Shown piece after piece: positions 1 through 9,242 of a stretch of DNA of 64,000 nt. The stretch comes from a virus: IMG/VR virus record IMGVR_UViG_3300004806_000016. One strand, given 5' to 3'. Under the pieces are notes generated by a model. It saw only the letters and a program-made list of their open reading frames with translations, was not told the DNA's origin and ran no database searches. Made by a program: the position numbers and the translations under genes. Position 1 is the stretch's first letter. Every line of letters starts with the position of its first letter.

Positions 1-622
1 GCTGATCGTAAAGGAATATCCTACAGCCTGTGCTGGTTCGGCTAATTTCCGCCACCTGCTGAATGAATTGAAAATTAAAAAGGATTTTGTCCCAGATATT
101 ATCTATATTGACTATTTGAATATCTGTATGTCGTCGAGGATAAAGCATGGAGCCAACGTCAATTCTTATACCTATATCAAAGCAATTGCAGAAGAAATAC
201 GAGGGCTCGCAGTGGAGTTCGATGTACCTATCGTCTCTGCGACTCAAACAACTAGAAGTGGATATTCGAACAGCGACGTGGGACTGGAAGATACATCAGA
301 GTCATTCGGACTCCCAGCCACAGCTGATTTTATGTTTGCACTCATCTCAACCGACCAGCTACGTACGCTCAATCAAATCATGGTTAAGCAGCTCAAGAAT
401 CGCTATTCTGACCTTGGGAATACTGAGCGGTTCGTCGTTGGTATTGATCGTGCAAAAATGCGTCTCTATGATTGCGAGCAGTCAGCTAATGATGATGTTT
501 TAAATGGTCCGAACAGAAAAACAAATGATTCTGTATTTGACAATAGCTCATTTGGTGATCAGGATAACTTCAGAAACAATGTTACTAAGTTTGATAGAGA
601 AAAGTTTAAAGATTTCAAGTGA
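1..622 (+). CDS. 41: T4 gp41-like replicative DNA helicase, C-terminal part (gene starts before the window)
   Basis: The frame is open from position 2 (LIVKEYPTACAG...). It carries DIIYIDYL (Walker B), VSATQTTR, SESFGLPATAD and KQLKNRY motifs of DnaB/gp41. Confidence 0.95.
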   Translation, partial: LIVKEYPTACAGSANFRHLLNELKIKKDFVPDIIYIDYLNICMSSRIKHGANVNSYTYIKAIAEEIRGLAVEFDVPIVSATQTTRSGYSNSDVGLEDTSESFGLPATADFMFALISTDQLRTLNQIMVKQLKNRYSDLGNTERFVVGIDRAKMRLYDCEQSANDDVLNGPNRKTNDSVFDNSSFGDQDNFRNNVTKFDREKFKDFK

Positions 623-654
623 TAAATAATTGATCAATCACCAAGGAAAAGAAC

Positions 655-1029
655 ATGCTTTACAACAGAAATGATTTAGATTTTCAACAGGGCGCAACAT
701 TTCAATTGAGATTAAATGTGCAGAATGCCAATAACTGGCCAGTTGATCTTACTACATATTCTGCTGTAATGCAGATTAGACCTTCATATGATAGTAATAC
801 AGTATTAGAATCTATGTCAACTTCTAATGGCGAGATCGTAGTCTCTAATACTTACTTCTATGTTTTGACTCTACCAGCTAGCAGAACAGCTAACGTATCT
901 ACAAAGAATGCTATTGGTTATCCTCCAAAGGTAACATATGTTTATGATATGTCATTAACAAGCAATACAGGTATCACTACTAAGATAATGTATGGTCAGG
1001 TTAATTTCTATTCTCAGGTTACTAGATGA
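655..1029 (+). CDS. Hypothetical virion-associated beta-rich protein (QGATF...YVYD type)
   Basis: AAGGA RBS and a GATAAATA late-promoter-like box upstream; beta-strand pattern typical of small phage structural proteins. Confidence 0.55.
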   Translation: MLYNRNDLDFQQGATFQLRLNVQNANNWPVDLTTYSAVMQIRPSYDSNTVLESMSTSNGEIVVSNTYFYVLTLPASRTANVSTKNAIGYPPKVTYVYDMSLTSNTGITTKIMYGQVNFYSQVTR

Positions 1030-1256
1030 TAACTCAACAGCCAATAACTGTAACGCTACCACAGATACAGACGTATTCTCTGGCGTATCCTATTATCAAG
1101 ACTCTGACCTCTCAGAGACCAAAAGAAAATACATTTACAGCCATTCTACCAGACCCAACACATATCACAGTTCGTAAACTGGAACCACTCGGCGACAATA
1201 CATTGTTGAATCCTCTTAGTGGTGTTGGTCAGACTTATTCCCAAATCTCACAATAA
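1026..1256 (+). CDS. Hypothetical protein
   Basis: ATGA overlap with the upstream gene; Pro/Thr-rich. Confidence 0.5.
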   Translation: MITQQPITVTLPQIQTYSLAYPIIKTLTSQRPKENTFTAILPDPTHITVRKLEPLGDNTLLNPLSGVGQTYSQISQ

Positions 1257-1261
1257 ATTAC

Positions 1262-1290
1262 TTTACATTTTGTTCAAATCGCGGTATAAT
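1262..1290 (+). promoter_or_regulatory. Sigma70-type promoter
   Basis: TTTACA-N17-TATAAT upstream of the GGAG RBS. Confidence 0.6.
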
Positions 1291-1315
1291 TGATTCTCAG
1301 TTGAAGGAGAGCAGG

Positions 1316-1624
1316 ATGATATCCGAGTTAGACCCAATTACTCAGGCTTATGTTCTTGGTTGGTTAAGCTGTCTCTTCTCAGCTATGCCGATTGCTATGC
1401 TTTTTCTCTTGCCGCATGATGGATGGAGTAAAGGTCATTATGATAGAACTATAAAGAAATTAGAAATACAGTTGAAAGATCACAAAAAGATTATTGAGCA
1501 GTTGATAAAGGATCAGTGGAATGAGCATGCACCTAGTTGGCCCATACCTTACAACGACCAAGTACTCGCAAAAACAAAAGAAAAGCAAATCCAAGAAACT
1601 GGCCGAGGCGACAGCCCAGCATGA
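1316..1624 (+). CDS. Hypothetical membrane protein
   Basis: ATG after GGAGAGCAGG; one N-terminal hydrophobic segment. The 3' part overlaps the next ORF. Confidence 0.45.
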   Translation: MISELDPITQAYVLGWLSCLFSAMPIAMLFLLPHDGWSKGHYDRTIKKLEIQLKDHKKIIEQLIKDQWNEHAPSWPIPYNDQVLAKTKEKQIQETGRGDSPA

Positions 1625-1925
1625 AAAGTGGCTGAGGGACCGAGGTCTTCACCCAGAACAACGAGCCTTGCAAAAAGCATACAGAGGCAAACATAAAAAT
1701 TCTATTCCTGATTATAATACTGATCGTAGCATGCTTAGCAACAGCGTGGGCAATGGTTTTACGAAAGGTATAATGGCTAACATACATAAAGAGTCTCCCG
1801 AGGTACAGCGTGCTATTCTTGAGAAAGCTAGTCGTGTCATGCCTCTGTTTAACAAGGGTGGCTTACAGTATGCTACGCCAAGTACTGATATGACTATGGT
1901 TGGTTCTAAGAGCAGGAGGGGTTGA
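1521..1925 (+). CDS. Conserved T4-like phage hypothetical protein
   Basis: Basic protein with a C-terminal PLFNKGGLQY motif of a kind recurrent in T4-like phages. Confidence 0.65.
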   Translation: MSMHLVGPYLTTTKYSQKQKKSKSKKLAEATAQHEKWLRDRGLHPEQRALQKAYRGKHKNSIPDYNTDRSMLSNSVGNGFTKGIMANIHKESPEVQRAILEKASRVMPLFNKGGLQYATPSTDMTMVGSKSRRG

Positions 1926-2119
1926 TGGATTACAAGGTGAAGAAAGAAGACAATCAGTTTAAGGTTATCGAAACAAAGACTGATAAGATTATCTATGAAT
2001 CTGTTGACGAAAAGAAAGCTCGTGAGCTTGCTAGGAAGTGGAATCTTGGTGGAGGATTTTCTGGTTGGACACCAACTTTTTTTCTTGACGAGCATAAATT
2101 TCAGCCCCAGACTGACTAA
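1922..2119 (+). CDS. Hypothetical protein
   Basis: AGGAGG RBS; NLGGGFSGWTPTFF motif. Confidence 0.65.
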   Translation: MMDYKVKKEDNQFKVIETKTDKIIYESVDEKKARELARKWNLGGGFSGWTPTFFLDEHKFQPQTD

Positions 2120-2124
2120 ATAAT

Positions 2125-2232
2125 ATCAGAAATGGTTTTGTATTGCTAGTGCACAGCAAAGAGGCAAGTCGATTTATCGAGAGGAATAGTTGAGAATAAC
2201 GGTGGGGTTCCGCTCAACCGAACCATTCTGAT
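2125..2232 (+). ncRNA. Candidate structured non-coding RNA (multi-branch, ~108 nt)
   Basis: Closing stem ATCAGAAATGGTT (2125-2137)/AACCATTCTGAT (2221-2232). Inner helices: TTGCT/AGCAA, TCGA/TCGA, GTTGAG/CTCAAC with CGG/CCG. Preceded by ACTAAATA and followed by a terminator. Confidence 0.6.
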
Positions 2233-2235
2233 TCA

Positions 2236-2264
2236 GGGGGAGATCTTCGGGTCTCCCCCATTTT
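2236..2264 (+). terminator. Rho-independent terminator
   Basis: GGGGGAGATC-TTCG-GGTCTCCCCC hairpin followed by ATTTT. Confidence 0.8.
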
Positions 2265-2270
2265 CATTGA

Positions 2271-2278
2271 TATAAATA
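2271..2278 (+). promoter_or_regulatory. T4-type late promoter TATAAATA
   Basis: Exact gp55 consensus 30 nt before the ATG at 2308. Other exact copies at 6828, 11552, 27926, 55203 (+) and 56045-56052 (-). Confidence 0.8.
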
Positions 2279-2307
2279 CATGATCTAATTTCTAAGAGGG
2301 TGTATTC

Positions 2308-3642
2308 ATGTTTAAGTTTAAAGATTTTCTAACGGAAGCGAAGAAAAAAGAAGAAGATGATTTTAAAACAGGCGATTCTGCTGGTAAACTTTTTGAATTA
2401 CTTAAAGCCAGAGAACAAAATGGCGGAACGTTTCCCGAATCTCACAGAGTTGAAGGCAAAACACCAACTGATATTCATAACAAGATGGCTGCTAAAATGT
2501 TTGGTGATGAATATGAAAAACATCCACAATATAAAAATCTTGTTAAAACAGCACAAATTGCTGCAAAAGCAAACGATACTTTCAACCAATCAGAACATGG
2601 TCATGATGTTAAGAAAGGTTATCAGAGAGTCGCATGGACATCTCAACCAGCAGATCATCAAAAAGAAACAGGTCATGAAGATCCAAATTCTGTAGCCGAT
2701 AGTATCCCGACATTAAGTCATGGCGCTATGATTGCGCATTCTGACAAATTAACAGGTAAAGGTCAATCAGTCAACTATAAGAATCCAGGTTCTAAGACTA
2801 TGGAGATGTTGGCTCAGACTAGTTTAAAAAAACATACTGAACCTCATGCAAAATTGTTAAAGGACAAAAAGTTAACGAGTGGCGAAGAAGGTCATAATCA
2901 ATACAAAGCATTAAGAGATTCTGATAATCCAGAAGATCAAGAAACAGCAGCTTCAGTAAAGAAATCGGCTGATGTAGTCAACCAAAAATTTGCTAAAGAT
3001 ATACATGCTGGTCTGTTGGCTCAACAGGCTAGAGATGCTCAAAATGGTACTAATGAATTGAGAGATACTATCGTTAAAGCAGTAGCTCCTAAGACTCACC
3101 TTAAGACAGTCGTTACTCATACTGAAGTCGATAATCATGGTAATCATGCGCATACTAAAGTTTATGACTTGCACGATCACGTCAACCAATACTTAAATAA
3201 TTTCGAAAATTTACACGTAGATCCAGTCCACAAACAAGGGCAATCTTCAGTCACAGTTTATGGTCATCATAAAAAAACTGGTAAAAGAATGAGATTGATG
3301 GGTCTTTCAGTTTATTCTGGGGGTAGACCAACAACCATTTCTCCTAGAGGCGCCATAACTCTTCCTAGCGAGAATCATCCTGATGTTGAATATACTAATC
3401 ATCATATAGTTGGCGCTAATGGTGAACATCAAACAAATACTCCTGTTAAACAGAAACATTCTGTAGAAAAACCAGTAGAACAAAAGAAACCAAAAACAAG
3501 AGAACCAGGCCCAAGAGCTTTATCGAGTATCGTAAAGCCAAGACCTAAAATTGTTACTAATCAAGAACAGAAACAACAGAAAACCAACAACAGCAGACAA
3601 TCATCAATTGGTGGTAAGAATTTTTATGGTGAATCAGAATGA
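2308..3642 (+). CDS. Putative internal head protein, possibly PD-(D/E)XK nuclease-like
   Basis: N-terminus MFKFKDFLTE resembles the T4 capsid-targeting sequence. GKLFE...SVAD...HSDK spacing suggests a restriction-like fold (weak). His/Lys-rich. Confidence 0.5.
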   Translation: MFKFKDFLTEAKKKEEDDFKTGDSAGKLFELLKAREQNGGTFPESHRVEGKTPTDIHNKMAAKMFGDEYEKHPQYKNLVKTAQIAAKANDTFNQSEHGHDVKKGYQRVAWTSQPADHQKETGHEDPNSVADSIPTLSHGAMIAHSDKLTGKGQSVNYKNPGSKTMEMLAQTSLKKHTEPHAKLLKDKKLTSGEEGHNQYKALRDSDNPEDQETAASVKKSADVVNQKFAKDIHAGLLAQQARDAQNGTNELRDTIVKAVAPKTHLKTVVTHTEVDNHGNHAHTKVYDLHDHVNQYLNNFENLHVDPVHKQGQSSVTVYGHHKKTGKRMRLMGLSVYSGGRPTTISPRGAITLPSENHPDVEYTNHHIVGANGEHQTNTPVKQKHSVEKPVEQKKPKTREPGPRALSSIVKPRPKIVTNQEQKQQKTNNSRQSSIGGKNFYGESE

Positions 3643-5540
3643 TCAATTTCAGACAGTTTATCATTGAGGAAGAACAGCAAGAAGGCAAGAAACTCAAGCA
3701 TCTAACTCACATCGAAGACATGCCAATCCATCATGGGCATGAGGGTGTTGCTGCTGCCGATGCTATGCTTAGGGATACCCATAAGGCATTGACTGGCAAG
3801 GGAATGGGTAAGTCAACCATATCAACAAAATATGATGGCGCTCCTTCTATCGTTTATGGTCATCACCCAGAGACTGGTAAATTCTTTGTTGCTTCTAAGT
3901 CAGCTTTCAATAAAGATCCAAAGATAAACTATACACCTGAAGATGTAGAACGTAATCATGGTCACGCTCCAGGTCTGGTAGAAAAACTAAAGGCAGCATT
4001 AGAACATCTTCCTAAAGTCGCGCCCAAGAAAGGTGTGTTCCAGGGCGATGTTATGCATACGCCAAACGATGTTGAAGATCATGATGGTAAGTATCACTTT
4101 ACGCCAAACACCATCAAGTATTCTGTAGGTAAAGATTCTACTGAAGGTAAAAAGATTAAGAACTCGAAGTTCGGTATCGTTACTCATACTCAGTATGATG
4201 GTAAAGATATGGGTTCTATGAGCGCTGCTCCTATCAGTCAGGAAAACAAAGATAAGTTTAAGCAACATCCTGACGTACATCAGATCGACCCTGCGACGAA
4301 TACGGAGGGTGCACACTATACTCCTGAGATGCAAAAAGAATTTGCTAATCATATGGAGAATGCGAGACGCACCTACGCTAATATGGACCACTCAACCCCA
4401 GAAATCACAAAAGGCCATGAGATAAATCTTGAGGCTCATGTTAACGACATGGTTCGTAAGGGTGGCACTCCATCAGTCGAGGGTTTTATCTCACATCTTA
4501 AGAATAAGAAGATGAAAGATGTAGAGAAACTAAAATCCCCAGCTGGTAAAGAAAAGAAAGCCAGAGAGCATGACGATAACATAGGTCATGTCGAAGACAA
4601 CAAAGAACACTTTAAGAATCTATTAGATCTACACAGTCATCTACAGAAAGCCAAGAACGTTCTGGTTAGAGGATTGAATTCATCGGGTAGCCCATATGAG
4701 CATTCCGTTGACGGCAAGAAGACTGATCCCGAGGGATTCGTAATCAATCGTGGCGATCATATGTCTAAGCTGGTCAATCGCGATGAGTTCTCAAGAATGA
4801 ACCTTCTTGGCGCTGGTAAGATGAGCAAGAGAAACGAACCAGCAAAAGAAGAAGATGATAAGCCAATCGTCTATGCGCATGGTAGAATGAATCCACCACA
4901 TGCTGGCCATGAAGCTGTGATCAATAAAGTCCATGAGCTTGCTAATCAACAGGGTGCAGATCATAAGGTCGTATTGACTCATACTCAGGATCCTGAGAAG
5001 AATCCACTATCACCACAAGATAAGCTGGCTCATGCTAAGAAACTATTCCCAAAGACAAACTTCGGTCTATCGGATGACGAGCACCCAACACTAATAGAAC
5101 AGCTTGCTAAACTAAACAAGGCTGGCCATAAGAAACTGACAATGGTTGCTGGCGATGATCGCGTAGAGGGTTATAAAAAACTATTGAACGATCGCAACGG
5201 TAAAGATTTTGATTTTAAAAAGATTGATGTAGTATCGGCTGGTGGTCGAGATCCAGACTCTGAGGGCGTTGAGGGTCTTTCGGCTTCAAAGATGAGAGAC
5301 CATGCTATCAACGGTCGTGCTAAAGAATTCGCTGCTGGGCTACCAAAAGGAACAAGCCCAGAACATGCTAAACAATTGATGCAAGATACAGCCAAGGGAA
5401 TGGATATTCCTATCACTCCAAGCACTCATCCTGTTACTCTTAAACGTCATGCTCTAAGAAATGATCCGATCGGCCATGCTGCTCAGAAAGAGTTAAATAG
5501 AAGAGCTGCCGAAAAAGTAATGAGTAAGAAGAAAAAATGA
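3639..5540 (+). CDS. Fusion of an RNA/DNA-ligase-like nucleotidyltransferase (DUF6267-like) and a HIGH-superfamily cytidylyl/adenylyltransferase
   Basis: Ligase motifs TKYDG, FVASKS, FQGDVM, EGFVI and KLV in order. C-terminal GRMNPPHAGH, VAGDDR and SASKMR. N-terminus MINFRQFIIE. Confidence 0.75.
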   Translation: MINFRQFIIEEEQQEGKKLKHLTHIEDMPIHHGHEGVAAADAMLRDTHKALTGKGMGKSTISTKYDGAPSIVYGHHPETGKFFVASKSAFNKDPKINYTPEDVERNHGHAPGLVEKLKAALEHLPKVAPKKGVFQGDVMHTPNDVEDHDGKYHFTPNTIKYSVGKDSTEGKKIKNSKFGIVTHTQYDGKDMGSMSAAPISQENKDKFKQHPDVHQIDPATNTEGAHYTPEMQKEFANHMENARRTYANMDHSTPEITKGHEINLEAHVNDMVRKGGTPSVEGFISHLKNKKMKDVEKLKSPAGKEKKAREHDDNIGHVEDNKEHFKNLLDLHSHLQKAKNVLVRGLNSSGSPYEHSVDGKKTDPEGFVINRGDHMSKLVNRDEFSRMNLLGAGKMSKRNEPAKEEDDKPIVYAHGRMNPPHAGHEAVINKVHELANQQGADHKVVLTHTQDPEKNPLSPQDKLAHAKKLFPKTNFGLSDDEHPTLIEQLAKLNKAGHKKLTMVAGDDRVEGYKKLLNDRNGKDFDFKKIDVVSAGGRDPDSEGVEGLSASKMRDHAINGRAKEFAAGLPKGTSPEHAKQLMQDTAKGMDIPITPSTHPVTLKRHALRNDPIGHAAQKELNRRAAEKVMSKKKK

Positions 5541-6820
5541 TGGATGAAGACAAGCTATTAAAAAATCTAGCAAAAGCTCTAGGTAATGAGAATTTATTAG
5601 AAGAGCTTGAACAGAAAAAAATAAAAGAAGAACAGCTCTTAGAAAATATCAATAGAGCGTTTACTGGTCTTTCTTTTAAAGAAAAGACGCAGGTCGAAGA
5701 GGCATTTGAGAATCCTGTTCCTATAATCGAAGATGTTCCTGTTGGGTTTACAGCCCCGCCATCAAAACCTGGAGAACCAGCTGCTATTCCGCTTGGAGCC
5801 CAGCCATTACCACAGCTTCCTCATAAAGATTTTGTTACCAAAGCAGTTGATGCATTATCTCAGAAACCAAGAGATGAATATGTAGCTGCTGTTGATGCTA
5901 TTCCAAATAGTATCCGCAAGGAACTTGATATACTAAAGAAGACAGTTACTGATCTTCATCGCTTTTCTTCACGCATCTCTCAGATGGGCGGCGGCGGTGA
6001 AGTCAACCTTCGCCATTTAGATGACGTCAATAGATCATCTATCGCTGACGGTCTCTATCTTCGCTACGACGCAGCTACAAAGAAGTTTGTGTTTGACGAT
6101 CCAGTTTCCAGTCCAAACTTATTGAATGTCGCCTCTGATATTATACCATCAACGACTCTAACATATACTATTGGTAATACAACACATCGCTGGGATTCAT
6201 TATATGTTGGTTCTAACTCCATTACCTTTTCGGACTCTCTAGGTGGTCCAGATCAGGTATTGTCAGTTGCGAATCAGGTATTCTATATCACTCAAGGTGC
6301 AGGAACAAACACGGCATATAACGCCAATGCGGGATTCAATGCTGGTGGGATCATTTTACAAAACTATACTATTCAGTTAGCAAATACATCGCAAAATTTG
6401 ATAGTCGGTTCTACTTCCGTAAACACAAGCGTTATCTTTAACCAAAACATCAAAGCAAATACAACTATTACTTTTACTGACAATACCGTACAAAATACAG
6501 CTTATAAGGCTCCTAACGTAAGAATAGCAAACGTAATATCAAATACAGTGTTAATTGATTTTGCATCGGACAACTTTGTCCACATTCATACCAACGATGG
6601 AACAGTTACTGCTAACTTACAGAATCTTACTGCTGGTAAAGTTGTTGAGCTATTCATCTTTAACAATGTCGGCGGTACTCAGCAGTTCAACCATGGCGTT
6701 TCCTCAACACAGGCTACAGGCGGTCAATCTTTTTATCTAAGCTCTCACAATACGATGTATGTTAAGTATTTCTGTTTAGATGGAACTGCAAACAATACGT
6801 TCGTAGCTGCTATAACATAA
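5537..6820 (+). CDS. Virion structural / fibre-like protein
   Basis: GGGGEVNLRHLDDV motif, then a Thr/Asn-rich beta-type C-terminal region. Confidence 0.6.
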   Translation: MMDEDKLLKNLAKALGNENLLEELEQKKIKEEQLLENINRAFTGLSFKEKTQVEEAFENPVPIIEDVPVGFTAPPSKPGEPAAIPLGAQPLPQLPHKDFVTKAVDALSQKPRDEYVAAVDAIPNSIRKELDILKKTVTDLHRFSSRISQMGGGGEVNLRHLDDVNRSSIADGLYLRYDAATKKFVFDDPVSSPNLLNVASDIIPSTTLTYTIGNTTHRWDSLYVGSNSITFSDSLGGPDQVLSVANQVFYITQGAGTNTAYNANAGFNAGGIILQNYTIQLANTSQNLIVGSTSVNTSVIFNQNIKANTTITFTDNTVQNTAYKAPNVRIANVISNTVLIDFASDNFVHIHTNDGTVTANLQNLTAGKVVELFIFNNVGGTQQFNHGVSSTQATGGQSFYLSSHNTMYVKYFCLDGTANNTFVAAIT

Positions 6821-6827
6821 GTTATTT

Positions 6828-6898
6828 TATAAATATTACGTTGCAGAAGGCTACGGCAATCCTGCGTTGTAAACTGGTTAAGCCCAAGGGAAACACCA
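6828..6898 (+). promoter_or_regulatory. Late promoter plus structured 5' leader
   Basis: TATAAATA at 6828-6835. Hairpins GCAG..CTGC and TGGT-..CCC-AA-GGG..-ACCA enclose the RBS region. Confidence 0.5.
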
Positions 6899-7690
6899 AT
6901 GTCGAAAGAAAAAAGTCTCCATTCTAGTCCTCAGCTAGTATTCGAAGAGCAACAAAGGGTTGTCGTAGACCCTTCGCACAAAGAAATTATGTCTTTGTAT
7001 AGAAAATCAGAACAATCAGGCCACTCGTTTGATACTCTCTTAGAGGTGTATCGCCGTGGATTCATGGTGTCTGGCGATCAACAGAGCGCATTTAATAGAG
7101 TTAATTCGTTCATTGCAGAAGGTAAGGCGTACGAGATGGATAAAGATTTAGTAGAAAAGCGTGGCCTCTGGGATAATATTCACGCCAAGCGCGAGAGAAT
7201 CAAACATGGTTCTGGTGAACATATGCGCAAGCCTGGATCTAAAGGTGCACCGACTGCGCAAGCTCTTAAACAATCTCAGACTAAAGAAGCATATACAGGC
7301 GCTGAACCAACAACATCAAATACAGATAGTCCATCAAGTCGTTTTGTTGGAACAAATGAATTGACTGATACATATGCTAACATGACTCCAGGTCAATCAA
7401 AAGCAAAGACAATTAAGCGTATCGTTAAAGAAGTTAATGAAGATAAAAAAGGTTATAAGAATCCAACTGGTGGCTTGACTCAGAAGGGCAGAGACCATTA
7501 TAATAGGGAAACTGGTGGTCATCTCAAAGCACCAGTAACTACTCCTCCTTCAAAACTAAAGAAGGACAGTAAAGCTGCTGGTCGTCGTAGATCATTCTGT
7601 GCTCGTATGGGCGGTGTAAAAGGTCCGATGAGAGACGAACACGGTAAGCCAACTCGTAAGGCTCTCGCTCTAAGAAAGTGGAACTGTTAA
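6899..7690 (+). CDS. Multi-module basic head-associated protein (DUF6321-like C-terminus)
   Basis: Modules GLWDNIHAKRERIK..GSGE.MRKPG and GGLTQKGR...RRRSFCARMGG...ALRKWNC, both of types common in phages. Confidence 0.65.
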   Translation: MSKEKSLHSSPQLVFEEQQRVVVDPSHKEIMSLYRKSEQSGHSFDTLLEVYRRGFMVSGDQQSAFNRVNSFIAEGKAYEMDKDLVEKRGLWDNIHAKRERIKHGSGEHMRKPGSKGAPTAQALKQSQTKEAYTGAEPTTSNTDSPSSRFVGTNELTDTYANMTPGQSKAKTIKRIVKEVNEDKKGYKNPTGGLTQKGRDHYNRETGGHLKAPVTTPPSKLKKDSKAAGRRRSFCARMGGVKGPMRDEHGKPTRKALALRKWNC

Positions 7691-7857
7691 TGAAAACTTT
7701 TAAACAATTTGTCTCAGAATTAACTACGCCAGTAAGCACTACTGGCAAGAGACAGACTGTGCATATGAAGACTGGCCCTGCTCGCGACATGACTGGTAAG
7801 ATAATCCATACTCCAATATTCAAGAGTGCAAGCTCAAGAAGTGGTGGTGGAAAATGA
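7690..7857 (+). CDS. 55-aa internal-protein-like peptide (not in ORF track)
   Basis: MKTFKQFVSELTTPVSTTGK...; translationally coupled at both ends (TAATG and ATGA overlaps). Confidence 0.7.
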   Translation: MKTFKQFVSELTTPVSTTGKRQTVHMKTGPARDMTGKIIHTPIFKSASSRSGGGK

Positions 7858-8480
7858 AAACGTTCCTTCAGTATCTAGAAGAGTCAAGAAGAGGGACTCA
7901 TCACTACGTAGATATTGACGATACACTGTTCCATACTACTGCCAAGATTGGTGTTAAAGATCAACATGGTAAAATCTATAAGAGATTGAGTAATAGCGAA
8001 TTTAATACCCATGAATTACCAAAAGGTCATTCGTATGATTTTGCTGAGTTTAGAGACGCTGATAAATTCTCAAAAGAATCTAAACCCATCAATCCGATGA
8101 TATCTAGAGTTAAGAAGATAGCAGATAATATTAAGAAACACCCAAACAGTAAGGTGCATCTATTGACTGCTAGAGCTGATTTTGATGACAGAGAAAAGTT
8201 TCTTGATACGTTCCGTAAACATGGTTTAAATATGAATGATATACATGTCCACCGTGTAGGTAATGTACCTGGGAATGAATCACCTGCTAAGAAAAAAGCC
8301 GATCTTATTCGCCAACATCTACATAAGTTTGGTAATAAGAAGGTAGTGATGTATGACGATAGTAAAGCTAATCTTAAAGCATTGCTAAATATGAAGAAGG
8401 AACACCCTGATGTGAATTTTTCTGCATTTCATGTTGGGCCACATGGGGAAATGACACCACATAAAGATGGAGATAAATGA
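7854..8480 (+). CDS. HAD-family phosphatase (polynucleotide 3'-phosphatase-like) with capsid-targeting-like N-terminus
   Basis: DIDDTL, LTAR, K and YDDS motifs I-IV; starts MKTFLQYLEE. Confidence 0.8.
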   Translation: MKTFLQYLEESRRGTHHYVDIDDTLFHTTAKIGVKDQHGKIYKRLSNSEFNTHELPKGHSYDFAEFRDADKFSKESKPINPMISRVKKIADNIKKHPNSKVHLLTARADFDDREKFLDTFRKHGLNMNDIHVHRVGNVPGNESPAKKKADLIRQHLHKFGNKKVVMYDDSKANLKALLNMKKEHPDVNFSAFHVGPHGEMTPHKDGDK

Positions 8481-8803
8481 TGGAATTTTTAATTGCAATT
8501 GGATTTATGGCAGTAGTTTCTACTGTTGTCTATAAAATGATCACCAAGAAAGAGACAGCTGAAGTTGCAGCTACTGAGACTGCAAAAGAAGTTGTTACTG
8601 CAGCCGAGCCAGTCGTTGAACAGGTTGCTAACACTGTTCTTGCTGAAGTAAAGGCTGAGGCACCAGTAGTAGCAGCTGCTATTGAAGCTGTAACTGAACC
8701 AGTTGTTGAACAAGTTGCTGCTGCTGTTGAAACAAAGGTTGAAGAAGCAGTAACTGAAGTTGTTGCTAAGATTAAGAAGCCAAGAGCTAAGAAGGCAAAA
8801 TAA
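8477..8803 (+). CDS. Membrane-anchored Ala/Val/Glu-rich protein
   Basis: N-terminal TM segment, EPVVEQVA repeats and a basic tail. Confidence 0.6.
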   Translation: MMEFLIAIGFMAVVSTVVYKMITKKETAEVAATETAKEVVTAAEPVVEQVANTVLAEVKAEAPVVAAAIEAVTEPVVEQVAAAVETKVEEAVTEVVAKIKKPRAKKAK

Positions 8804-9240
8804 TGGATGAGCTTATTGAACAGATGAAAGTTGTGTTGGCGAGTGTATTTGCACTCTATTTAAAGACACATTATTTTCATTGGAATATTGAAGGACCAAA
8901 CTTCCCTCAATACCATTCTTTCTTAAACGAACTCTATGAAGAGATCTTTGAATCGGTTGATGCTCACGCTGAACAGATTCGCACCATGGGTGCATATGCT
9001 CCAGGTTCTTTTGTTCGTTTCAAGGATCTATCAATCATCCAGGATGAGATAAACATTCCTAGTGCTATGTCTATGTTGACTCAGCTTCAGAAAGATAATC
9101 TGGCAGTCATAGTAGAATTAAAGAAAGCAAATGATCTCGCCGAGAGAGAAAATGCTGTCGGCACTGCGAACTTTCTACAGGATAGAGTTGATAAACATTA
9201 TAAGCATGATTGGATGCTTAAATCTATTACAAAGGCATAA
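8803..9240 (+). CDS. dps: Dps/ferritin-like DNA-protection protein
   Basis: HYFHWNIEGPNF..H..L.ELY....D..AE.IR signature; C-terminal KH.WML. Confidence 0.9.
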   Translation: MDELIEQMKVVLASVFALYLKTHYFHWNIEGPNFPQYHSFLNELYEEIFESVDAHAEQIRTMGAYAPGSFVRFKDLSIIQDEINIPSAMSMLTQLQKDNLAVIVELKKANDLAERENAVGTANFLQDRVDKHYKHDWMLKSITKA

Positions 9241-9242
9241 AA

